Shown here piece after piece: positions 52,980 through 64,000 of a stretch of 64,000 bases of DNA (positions are counted from its first letter, which is position 1; each line of letters starts with the position of its first letter). The translations under genes and the position numbers were made by a program. Source of the DNA: Octopus sinensis (taxonomy: Eukaryota); contig NC_042999.1 of assembly GCF_006345805.1 (NCBI RefSeq), positions 93,434,001 to 93,498,000 on the forward strand, given 5' to 3'. Below the pieces are notes generated by a model. That model had not been told where the DNA came from and ran no database searches. It was given only the letters and a program-made list of their open reading frames with translations.

Positions 52980-54072
52980 TATCTACTTCAGAAGGAAGGA
53001 AAACTGATACAAATAGCGGCAAAACACGAGCAAAAGAAAAAACTGTTCTCAGTATTTAAGGATGCTGACAAACACAAACAAGAAATCATACCACCTAATA
53101 AATATGAAGAAGAAGAAGAAGAAGAAGAAGAAGAAGAAGAAGAAGAAGAAGAAGAAGAAGAAGAAGAAGAAGAAGAAGAAGAAGAAGAAGAAGAAGAAGA
53201 AGAAACAACAAAAGCTATAAAACAAATGAAATCCAAACTAAAAATAGAACAGCAACGAACCATGATAAAACGATGGCAAGAAAAGTCCCTTCATGGTAAA
53301 TACTGGACTAAACTAAACGCAAAAGAAATAGACAAAGAAAAATCCCAGCAATGTTTGAGAAGCTCAGGACTCAAAGCAGAGACAGAGGGGTAATGAAAAG
53401 AAATATAACAAGTAACGGCAGAATATGCGGAGATGGACAAGAAACAAAAAATCATATTATCTCTAGCTGCTCAGTTGTGGCTAAGAAGGAATATATTCAC
53501 AGACATGACAGAGTTGGAACCTACATACATTGGAAGCTATGCCAACATTATGGAATAACAACAGGAAAAAGATGGTATAGGCACACACCAGAAAAGGTCA
53601 CAGAAAACGAGAAAGCAACCATACTCTGGGATATGCCAATACACACAGATAGAGAAATTAAGGCCAACAGACCAGATATAGTTGTCAGAGATCATGAAGA
53701 AAAAAAATGCTTTCTAATATCAATACCGGCAGATGACAACGTGTCTCTAAAAGAAATGGAGAAACTCTCAAAATACAAAGACCTGGAAATAGGGTAACCA
53801 GAATGTGGAATCTAAAAACAGAAACAATTCCTATCATAGTAGGTGCATTAGGCATGATAAAAAAATATTCAGACAAATACATACCAAAACCCCAGGACTT
53901 ACAAACACATATAACATACAGAAAATTGCACTACTAGGCACTGCACACATCCGACGCAGAACACTTTCCATACAATAACCATCAGAGCATCACAACAAAT
54001 CACAGCACATACCTAAGGCACACAGGGCTGCGCTCGGTAGTGAAGTGAAAGCACGCTATAGAAATAAAACTA

Positions 54073-54077
<5 letters not shown>
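52978..54077 (+). mobile_element. 5'-truncated Dong/R4-like RLE LINE inserted in (TAA)n
   Basis: WQEKSLHGKYW, LRSSGLKAETE, HIISSC..RHD, ILWDMPIHTDREIKANRPDIVV; 3' UTR with AATAAA; TAA tracts on both sides. Confidence 0.85.

Positions 54078-54168
<91 letters not shown>
54078..54168. repeat. (TAA)n tract between two RLE LINEs
   Basis: Direct reading. Confidence 0.95.
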
Positions 54169-55578
54169 CTGAACTAAATGCACGTAACAAGGTGTTAGCT
54201 ATAAATTCCTTAGCAGTTCCAGTTGTTACTTATAGCTACAATGTGTTGAACTGGAATATGAGTGAAGTAAAGAATATAGATAGAAAAATACGCAAGCTGC
54301 TGAGTTGTAATAGGATGCACCACCCAAAGGCAGACGTAGATCGCCTTTACCTTCCCAGAGCCCAAGGAGGTCGAGGCCTGATCCAATTTGAACTAGCTTA
54401 CAAAACAACCACAATTGGACTGGCCAAATATCTCGAAATATCGAATGACTGGATGCTAAAGCTCGTGGAAAATCACGAGAGACGAAAGAAGCTTCATTCT
54501 ATCATAAAGGAAAGCAAAAAATTTGCTATTGATCTCGTGCAGGATACCCAAACTGAACAACCCGAGGGAAGTACGGCAACTATTGTTGCAAAGAAGGTGA
54601 AAATGATGGCAATGAAAAAAGCGCACGAGCAATTGGCTGATAGGTGGGAGGAGAAACCTCTGCACGGCAAATATGTGACTCGCAGCAAACAAGCTGATGT
54701 TGACCAGAAGCAAACCCATCAGTGGCTACGGAGCTCAGGGCTAAAAGCAGAGAGCGAAGGTTTCATCCTGGCTGCTCAAGATCAAAGCCTATTAACCCGG
54801 AACTATCAGGCCAATGTGATGAAAAATGGAGCAGACCCAAAATGCCGATTCTGCAACGACATGATTGAAACAGTGGACCACCTAATCTCTGGATGTAAAG
54901 TCTTAGCACCAGTGGAGTATAAATTAAGACATGACAGAGTTGGCCAATATCTCCACTGGCTAATAAGTCGGCATTACAATATCAAAACTGCCGACAAGTG
55001 GTATAATCACCACCCTGAGGCTGTAACTGAAGGAGAAAATGTAACCATTCTGTGGGACTTTCCAGTACATACAGACCGAACCATCAAGGCCAATAAACCA
55101 GATATTGTTGTGAAAGACCAAAACAATAAAGTTTGCTTATTGATCGACATGAGCATCCCCTGTGATCATAATATCTCAGCGAAAGAGTTTGACAAGCTCA
55201 GAAAATATAAAGACCTACTCATTGAAATTGAGAAAATGTGGCATCTCAAGGCGGTTACAATACCAGTGATCGTAGCAGCACTAGGAATGATCAAGAAGGG
55301 AACCGAAAATCATATGAGAATGATCCCTGGCTTACCATCCCTGCAAGAAGTGCAAAAGATTGTCTTAACTGGTACATCACACGTATTGAGAAGAGCATTG
55401 TCGATGTGAGAACTGTTGCTGCTCATGTATTTTAATTTAACTTAAAAAAAAAAAAAAAATGAACGAACTACTGAGTTTGGTTTAATGGCCTACCAATGTA
55501 TGAGCTTCTTTGCCCTAGGAGTCAGGAAGACACTCGGCAAGAAATGGAAGCAAATTTGAAAGAAGAAGAAAAAAAAAG
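54169..55578 (+). mobile_element. Second 5'-truncated Dong/R4-like RLE LINE (a different family) inserted in (TAA)n
   Basis: Open ORF to 55409, then a 3' UTR; TAA tracts on both sides. Confidence 0.9.
54192..55409 (+). CDS. C-terminal part of an RLE-LINE ORF: post-RT region, CCHC knuckle and PD-(D/E)xK endonuclease
   Basis: HHPKADVDRLYLPRAQGGRG, CRFCNDMIETVDHLISGC, RHD, KPDIVVKD...LLIDMSIP, K..KY; 405 aa open. Confidence 0.85.
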   Translation: MLAINSLAVPVVTYSYNVLNWNMSEVKNIDRKIRKLLSCNRMHHPKADVDRLYLPRAQGGRGLIQFELAYKTTTIGLAKYLEISNDWMLKLVENHERRKKLHSIIKESKKFAIDLVQDTQTEQPEGSTATIVAKKVKMMAMKKAHEQLADRWEEKPLHGKYVTRSKQADVDQKQTHQWLRSSGLKAESEGFILAAQDQSLLTRNYQANVMKNGADPKCRFCNDMIETVDHLISGCKVLAPVEYKLRHDRVGQYLHWLISRHYNIKTADKWYNHHPEAVTEGENVTILWDFPVHTDRTIKANKPDIVVKDQNNKVCLLIDMSIPCDHNISAKEFDKLRKYKDLLIEIEKMWHLKAVTIPVIVAALGMIKKGTENHMRMIPGLPSLQEVQKIVLTGTSHVLRRALSM

Positions 55579-55654
55579 TAATAATAATAATAATAATAAT
55601 AATATAATAATAATAATATTAATAACAATAATAATAATGATAGTAATAACAACA

Positions 55655-55840
55655 ACAACAACATGGAAATATACTTTAGGAATGAGAACCCAGGTTCGAA
55701 ATTTCCCCAAGACACCTGAAGAAGGCTGGAGGGCATATCAGCCGAAACGTTGTGTTAACAACAAAGAAGATGAGGACAAATATCCGTCCAATGTAAATAA
55801 TTTAAATACAGTACATGATTCTTCATCTCTTAAATATAGA
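55655..55840 (+). mobile_element. F1 body; the distal half of the unit whose head is at 52815
   Basis: Homologous to 14903-15091. Confidence 0.85.
55711..55756 (+). ncRNA. Minimal type-I hammerhead ribozyme motif F1, core intact
   Basis: Stem I GACAC/GTGTT; CTGAAGA at 55716-55722; stem II GGCTG/CAGCC; GAAAC; loopless palindromic stem III ACGT; GUU triplet at 55749-55751. Confidence 0.8.
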
Positions 55841-56789
55841 GGTGTATTTTCTAAGAGAGCAGTCACGCTTGTTGGTGATCTATTCTATCGATGAGGAGAA
55901 GAGAGCAAACAAATATCCCGTGTGCTCTAAATATGGAGGTGCTATGCCATACGCTTGTCGAAATATAATCTAAGGAATAAACCTGTATATAAACATGTAT
56001 GAGATTAGAATTGTGCTCTGATTATGAATGTAAATTTGTTCATCACGCGAACAACATTCTTTCGCTTCCAATTTTCACAAGCCCAATCGCTGATTAGAAC
56101 TTAATTACTTCCATGTATTATTAAGGCAGAATTGTTTGTCAGATGCCGTATTATCAATGTTATACGTGTGCAATAGAAGGGTGGGAGTGTTAGAAGTTAT
56201 AAATCCAAGTATCGATAGTTTTAAACTTTTATATGTGTGAGAGAGAAATGGAAAAGCTAGAGTATCGACCGTGCAGTCTCATCAAGCTAAAATTCGAGCT
56301 AATTAAGGCTGTCGAGCAGTAAACAAAAGCCAGAACGAGGTATGCATTAGATATTCTGCCAGAAATTTTAGGCATATGTTTCTCTCAATCCCACTCAAAG
56401 TAAAATTGGTCATCGTATTGGAATCCATGTCCAGTTCCTGGTCCAGCTGCCAAACGATAGTAAACCGTACCCCGAGTACTTTTCACCCCACCCCTCGTCC
56501 TACATGGTGTTCGAGACGGTGAGTTTACTCATTTCACTGCTTCATATTACTACTATTTCCCTTGTTCTTGCTGCTATTATTGTTAGAGTTGACATTGGAA
56601 TTTTACTTGGTCTTGGTGTTTTGAATGGTCCTCCTTACCATTCATCCTACGGTGCTCAATATTATAAACCACCAGTGAAATCTCAGGATCGATGTAACCT
56701 ATTGACACTTAAAAAACTGATGGCACTGTAGTTGAATTAGAAACAATTATTAGATTATCATTCACAAAGCTTAATATGATGGCCAGTTA

Positions 56790-57720
56790 TTGTAGTGATA
56801 AATTTCTGATGGCTCATGTTCAGGACAGGTCCTTCACTCGTGTGCGCCGCTGTCATCCATCTTCTCGACACATATACCAAAAGACAGAATTTCTCGCCAT
56901 ATCGATAGATTCTTTTTCAGATGATGTCTTTGTTAATTATAATTGGTTTGTCTTCAGCTTTGTCCATATTATTTCATTCGCCTTAGGCACCAAGTACATC
57001 CAGACGGCTTGTCCTTCTCAGCCAGAGAGAAGCTGTGGGATTATTTTTAATAGATTCAGCAGTTCCGTCGTTTTGCATGCATATTGGATAGGCCGGAATA
57101 ACAGCACTTTTGTGCGTGTATATTTTATCATGAGCGGGCACTATACTCCAGTAGGGCTGCCAGGCCCCGAATTTGTGGTATATGTCCATGGGTCAAAGAG
57201 CAGCAATTTGACTTTCAATGATGTGATAAGTTGCATGGAGAACCTTATTCATTTGCCTTGGGATTAATAAACTTTCCTCTGTTCACCTTGCCACGCCTGT
57301 TGGTGTCGTTAGCGTTTGACGATATTTGAGGTGCCTCGAGCACCGTCTCGGTATTCGATTGACCTAGGAATGCGTTTCATTGAAAGAACCGAGCTTGGTA
57401 TAGCACCTCTAACAAAACGGAAAGCTCAAATGTTCACCGTCAACGATTTGCTGGAAATGCTGTAACCTTCTCACATGTTTGCACATCATCAGCCACAACA
57501 TGGTCAGTCATTCAGTCAGCAAGTGTTGACATCAAATGCAGCGTCTGTCTAGTGAAACAGGTCCTTTCCACAAAAGTGTGACAGCAGACGCTTTAACCTG
57601 GTGGGACATAAACTAGAGCAATGCGCAATGGCGACGTAATAATAAGTCACAGACGTGATGTAGTGATTCGCAATCTCTACCCAAACTTTCAAGGATAGTG
57701 TTTTCTGAATCCATTCCTGT
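56790..57720 (-). mobile_element. Degenerate CR1/L2-like RT remnant
   Basis: Minus-strand VADDVQ and LLEYS fragments, out of frame with each other. Confidence 0.4.
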
Positions 57721-59061
57721 GTGTGACTAGACACTCTCTTCGGCACTTCGCCCTATTTTTCATTTTGGAGATTTGGTCTAAACATGATCCCCTTGTAGTT
57801 TAACTGCTCTTTGGATACGACGCTAGCATTCACCAGCCGCTGCAGTTGCTAATCTTAAAGACCACTGGCTTTTCCTCCTTCTTTCGCTTCCTGTCACAGT
57901 TTCGTAGTCACGCAGAGTGGTACCAATCCTCTTGTTGCAGCTTTTGTCTTAGAGTACGAGCGTGACATAATCCACATTTACAAGCAATGATATTCCGCAT
58001 CCTAGTTATCGTATTAGTGGCTCAAGTGTCAGTATGTACATAAAAGAAGATGGTAAAATTATCTTCAAGAACATAGAACATAACACTGAAGATTTCCAGT
58101 TGCTGGACAGCCTCGCCAACCAGAGGGAAAATGTCGCTCTACACGTTGATGGTCTAACATGGTAAGATGTAAACGGTATTAGCAGCTGTTTGAACGACCA
58201 TCAAATCTATATTCAGATTATAACTTCGTGTACTAGTTTAAGGAAAAATTGCCTTCAGTACATCCAAACTGCGCAGTAAAAACCCATAATGCAGAGGCAA
58301 AGTAAAATTTGTTGAAGTAATCTTTTTATGTCAAATACTTCCAAACTTATACGATTCAGATTCAACAATACAATATATCATCGTAAACTGAAGAAGCATC
58401 CATAACCTGCTGGGAATGTTACAAGAGTGGCAGCACCAACTGAGAACGTAAAACGATACATCTAAACCCCACAATGTATCTTACTAGGTGCTCTATCAAT
58501 TCAACTAATCAGAATTAATTTTCAAAATGTACGTCGAAAGTCAGACTAATACAGTTGAAGTAGTATCAGTACGATACAAAATGTGTCTAACCTACTTGAC
58601 GTTAGTTTTATTGATACTTGAGTGTATTTCAAGTGAGATTTATGATATTTTCCTTAAATATGACAAAATCAAAAGAAATAAATATATGTTATTGCAATTC
58701 ACTTTTTGTTCAGTGCAACTTTAGATTATTTAAATCTTGTGTATTTCAGTCTGAAAACTATGGAATACAAAGAGGAATATTGAATGTTACATTTCGGTGT
58801 AATTATACGGGATTTCTGATAAAATGAAATACGCTATTCTAAATAATTTCTTATACAATTAAGTCGACAGACCAAACACGTTTTATATAACTACGCGTAT
58901 ATTTAATGGGGGTTCTATGTGGTTTTTTAAATTTATATTTTGCACTTCAAAGTTCAAAACTCAGTGAAGTCATCTTTACTGTCATTTTTCCAAGGGTAAA
59001 TAAAATATTCAAGAAAAAACATGAACATTATTTGTGAAAATGTACACGTTGTATATCATTA

Positions 59062-59259
59062 CAGTTATCCCTCGACTATCGCGAGTTCTATGTTCCAAAA
59101 CCCCCTACGATAGGTGAAAACCTGCGAAGTAGAAACAGTGCTGTATATATTTTTAATTATTTTTATAATTTGTACATATTTATTTTATTATAAATGCAAA
59201 ACAACGCCACGGGGGAATCGACGTAAGCTTAAATAATAAACCACGATAAGGGATTACTG
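59062..59259. mobile_element. Tc1/pogo (Tigger-like) MITE
   Basis: TIRs CAGTTATCCCTCGACTATCGCG and CACGATAAGGGATTACTG; TA dinucleotides at 59060-59061 and 59260-59261. Confidence 0.7.
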
Positions 59260-61339
59260 TATTGTTAAGAATATAGGGTATTAAGAAAAAGAGAGAGAGA
59301 GAGAAAAGAAACCTATTATCAACAACAGCGACTGAAAGAAAACAATCCTCTGTGATTTAACGATTGGAAGAACAAGTAGCATGTTACTGAGTTCATGCAA
59401 AAATTAATCATATATAACAGTAGGTAGGGATGGAATAAACGAATATATCCTGGAGCAAAAGAATAATGCTTTCCTGAAAATATTTCTCGTGTGAATAAGA
59501 ATTTTCGAAAAAATTGAGACATGCTAGGTAATTAGTAGTAGTAGTAGTAGTAGTAGTAGTAGCACCAGCAGCAGCAGCAATAGTAGTATGAGGGCATGCG
59601 CTGAAGCAACGCATCATTCCAACCATCATTTGCTAGTGATTCCTTACCGCACCTGACGGATGATGCCTCTGCACCACTCACTCATGCTACAATCCACCAA
59701 CCGATGGGTCTGTTTCAGTAATCACGTTCAAGAACTGAATCCACCATCATGATTGCATCACCTTGACCCAGAAGGTCATGTACATTCACAGCTATAGATT
59801 ATCCCTAATTAAAACAAAATAGGTTGCTTTCACCGGCCATTTGCAAACCAGCCCGCTACAATTATGAGTACGATGTACCCATATTCATTTACCAGATTAA
59901 GTGATGCGTGAAAATGTTGATAATTACAGAATGATGTCGAAGGTAATAAATTTAGATGAGATCAAGTGAAACCAATATTTCTAAGTGACAGCTAACTTTT
60001 TCTTTACTGATGACTACATCATTGCTTCTATCAGTCAACTTGGACAGAGTAGTCTTGCGGTGTCATTTTCTGGGAGCATGTATCTAAAATTAAGCACAAA
60101 TGTTTCAGAATATGGTGGTAGGATGGGTAATTCTAGTTGATTTTCAACATTAGCGGTCAGCATTATTTTCAGAAGGCGGCAGACGTAGGCTGTAATGGCA
60201 AATTGTTTGAAATGCTAGATTTTTGAAATCATGCTTAGGAACATCTTATTCGTTAAAGTAGGTGGAAATGTCGAATGGTATCTTCGACGTACTCTTAGAT
60301 CCTGTATGAGTAACCGATAGAATAAGTGGAAAAAGCATAGCGAGCATGATTTGGCTGTTAGAATAATCTGACAAGCGCTTTCTAAATTTCCTGAATGCAC
60401 TGTTTTACACTTAGATAAAACACTGTGGGACATCCAGACTGGATTGGAATTCTATTAGATAAGCATTAACTAAAAGTAAGGGTAAAATGTTTACAGTTGA
60501 GGTTGTTGTCTAAAGAGACCACATACGTGATTCGTACAGCTGAAATTAAAGAGACTATTAGAAAACATAAAAACATCCCAAACCTTAGGAGTATTCAGGA
60601 GATGTGCCACCATAATTGCTGTTTCCTACGTAATAAAGCCATCAGTAACAAGAGCAAAAACATAAACGAAATAAGAAATCAAATAGTACAATGTATAAGA
60701 AAGTGATTGAAAACATAAAAAGAAATACCAACAGCAATAATGCAATAATGCCACAATGTGAATGAGATTAACAACAAAATGGTAAAAAAAAGAAAGATCT
60801 ACAAACATTTACAATATAATAAATATGACATCCGGCTTCTCGTAATGGCATCAGTGGAAAAGCAAAAAATGTCATATATCTAGGAGTACGACCAACCGAA
60901 TAGTACGAAATCAAGGCAAAATAAAAATAAAGTTCAGAGAACTCCTAAACTCCAAATACCAGCACAAACAATGCAATAACAACAAAACAGTAACAACTAC
61001 AGCATCAGGAGTGAAAGTAACAACAAATCAGAACCTACGCCTTAGTCAAAGGAAACTCCCAAGGTGTTTCTCTACGCTTGCAGTTCATATACTATTCTAT
61101 CACAGAATTTCCAAATATAACAGCTCAAGAAAACATTAGAATGGATTTAATAAAAAAAATATTTTAATTTTTCATCGTTATTGTTGTTTTATTATAAAGA
61201 CGGCCAGTTGGCAGCATGGTTATCACAATGTATAAAAGGCTTAGAAGCATTTATTTCGTGTATACTCTCAAGTTCTACAGCGGTAGGCTTTGCCTTTCTT
61301 TCGTCAATAATAATTGCGTTATGATTATTATCAAAACGG

Positions 61340-61510
61340 TGACCTGAGAGAACCGTTAGCACGCAGAACAAACCGCTTAGCAGCATTTCGTTCGTCTGAG
61401 TTCAAATTCCGCCGAAATTGGCTTTGATGTTCATCTTTGCGGTGTCGATAAAAAAGAGTACCAATTGAGAAATGGGGTCGATGTAATCGGTAGCTCCCTG
61501 TCCCAAAATT
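61340..61510 (+). mobile_element. tRNA-derived SINE, third family, diverged
   Basis: GAGTTCAAATTCCGCCGA...GGGGTCGATGTAATCG. Confidence 0.65.
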
Positions 61511-61529
61511 TTAGGCTTTGAGCATAGGT

Positions 61530-62000
61530 GTGACTGGGTCGTAAGAAACTTGCTTCCCAACCACATGGTTTACGTTCAGTCCCACTGTGTTGTACCTCGG
61601 GCAAGTGTCTTTTACTGTAGCTTCGGGCTAACCAAAACCTTGTGAGTGGAATTGTTAGACGGAAAGTGAAAGAAGCCCGTCTTATGTGTGTATGTGTGTC
61701 TAGATTTACTATAATGTTTTCATGTCATGTTTCTCGCTAGTCAGAGCTGTTATTTGGCAGCTGCTGGGATTCTACAGTATGATGTGTGTGGGGGGAGGGG
61801 GAGGTGCGTGTGTGTGTTTGCCCCAAACACTTGACAACCGTTGTTGGTTTGGATACGTTCCCGTAAAATAGCGGTTCGGAAAAGAGAGAGAGAGAGAGAG
61901 AATAAGTACCAGGCTTAAAATGAATAAATGCTGGGATTTATTCATTCGATTAAAAGTTCTTCAGGGTGGTGACCCAGCATGCTCGCAGTCTAATGTGTGA
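61530..62000 (+). mobile_element. tRNA-derived SINE, CORE-like family, diverged
   Basis: Homologous to 24601-25067. Confidence 0.7.
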
Positions 62001-63344
62001 AACACCGGACTAAATGTGTTGTGGTATTTCGTCCGTTTTTACGTTTTGTGTTCAAATTCCACTGAGGCCAACTTTCTGCCGAAATATTATTATTGTTACT
62101 GTTGTTCTTGTTACAATGGCGTGCATTATACAATGTGAATACAATTGTAATAATGATGTTGACATTTTCTACTTCTTTTCTCCAACGTCTGTATTCCTGC
62201 CTAATTAAAAACGAAACAGTTTGAACAGTGACACGTTCTTAAATAGGAAACGTTGAATATTGTTCACTAGTTTGCGTTTCCTGTGCCTTATCATTATGCA
62301 TGACAATGAGTTAATTGTATACCACATACTCGTTCACTGATCTAATGCTATCGTAAACTGATCTTAAACTGCATTTCGGTGTCGTTGCAGAAATTATGTT
62401 ACTACTTCGAAAAAGTATCTGGGATCTTTCACTTTTGGTGAGCCGTAATATAAGAATATGGAATCTTGTTTCGTGTTGCATAGATTGTGCTGTTTATTTT
62501 GTTGTGTCTAGCGTTACTATCGCGTTACGTCTGTTTATCTTGCAGAATATGCTCGATGTCTTATTTTTGGCATACTTCATTTGGTTTTATTTGTTTTCAA
62601 TACTTATGTATTTGTTATTTAAATATCAGCCTATTTTGGGACGATATGTCGAGCTGTCTGCTTTGACATGTTTGGTTTTATGTATGTGTTCATAAAATTC
62701 TACCGAGAGTAAGACAAATCTCACTCTATAGTTTGAAGAAAGGAATGACAAAGTTTAAAATGTATATACCATTATGTACAAAAATGATGAGCTGATCATC
62801 ATCTCAATGCATTTGTGCATACATTTGTTTGATCACAACCATGCAAGAATTAAGGAAGAAAACAATAAAAATGATGACAAATGTAATTGCAATAAATTAA
62901 CTGTAGTAAGAAGATGAATTTACAAGATTGATTTTAGAATATTATCGATTTTAACACCAAATCGACTTAGGTGGAAATTTCTGGATTTACTATAATGTTT
63001 ACAACTAGTGTGTCTCGCTAACTAGTGCTGCTATTTGGCCGATACTGGGATTCTGTAGTACGGTACAATATCCACGTACTCTCAGGTGTAGCCAGTCGAA
63101 ATAGTAACTGATGTCAGTCACCGTATAATACAGTTTTTCAACTTTTAGGATAACGCTAGTGAGGCAGAGAGGTCTGATAGTTTACAATATACCTACACCC
63201 AAATTTGCATACTGATAGGACTTCTCCTCAAATCCTGACAGACCATATCTCTCTCTCTCTTTTTCGACTCCTCTCTCTCTCTCTCTCTCTCTCTCGACGT
63301 TTGCTAATGAATGAAACGTAAACAAGAGCAACAATTAGAATACT

Positions 63345-63733
63345 CTTTTACTCTTTTACTTGTTTCAGTCATTTGACTGCGGCCATGCTGGAGCACCGCT
63401 TTTAGTCGAGCAAATCGACCCCAGGACTTATTCTTTGTAAGCGTAGTACTTATTCTATTGGTCTCTTTTGCCGAACCGCTAAGTTACGGAGATCTAAACA
63501 CACCAGCACCGGTTGCCATGCGGACGAATACAGACACACACACATACACACACACGCACACACACACACACACACACACACCGATATATATTCCGTCTAC
63601 TAAATCCACTCACAAGGCTTTGGTCGGTCCGAGGCTATATTAGAAGCCACTTGCCCAACGTTCAACGCAGTGGGACTGAACCCAGAGCCATGTGGTTGGT
63701 AAGCAAGTTACTTACCACACAGCCACTTCTGCG
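63345..63733 (-). mobile_element. tRNA-derived SINE, CORE-like family, full length
   Basis: Reverse complement of the 24601-25067 family; (TTTTACTC)n tail at 63345. Confidence 0.85.
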
Positions 63734-64000
63734 CATGAGACAATAAAAATAATTACAAAATTACAATCACAAAGCAGACAATAAAGACAATTACAATATA
63801 ATTCTGAATAACAATAACTATTTCAACCGAGTACAGATGGATTTCAACGCGGTTCTATGTCTTTGCATTAAAATCTTTTACAGTTCAGTTTCCCATGTAA
63901 AAATTAATACATAACTGGATAGTATACTCCTAGGTGCACAATGACTGAAAATGCTATCACAGTATGATTTGCTTAATCAATATTAACGTAGTGATCCTCA

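Noticed and set aside
56776-57267. 163-aa plus-strand ORF
   Set aside because: Antisense to a degenerate LINE RT remnant, with no recognisable domain.
58086-58420. Two further CTGAAGA plus hairpin matches (58086 and 58388)
   Set aside because: No correctly placed GAAAC, stem III or stem I.

Overview
AT-rich, microsatellite-dense eukaryotic DNA with no host protein-coding gene I can support; it is probably intronic or intergenic. The SINE families and microsatellite style resemble Octopus or another cephalopod, which is an inference from recall and not a database result. Most recognisable sequence is retroelement-derived: a 5'-truncated Tx1/L1-type LINE with an open ~840-codon ORF2 (4561-7083), several R4/Dong-type RLE LINE fragments, a near full-length RTE with an inverted 5' kilobase, Penelope-like RT/GIY-YIG remnants, Gypsy remnants, several tRNA-derived SINE families and a Tigger-like MITE. 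The main signal, invisible in the ORF track, is a dense set of minimal type-I hammerhead ribozyme (HHR) motifs: 11 copies in 5 unrelated families, plus a variant pair. Each has a CUGANGA core, and all but one collapsed copy have a recognisable stem II; stem I and GAAAC are intact or one to two changes away. All have a very short, self-complementary or near self-complementary stem III. They occur in four contexts: (i) a tRNA-head/(TAA)n/HHR-tail SINE-like element, found twice as head-to-head dimers, whose TAA linker has been used by two Dong-like LINEs; (ii) a 285-bp retrozyme-like insert with a perfect 13-bp target-site duplication; (iii) outward-facing inverted-repeat pairs; (iv) a solo motif near a Penelope GIY-YIG remnant. 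All structures were read by eye; no folding or database searches were run.
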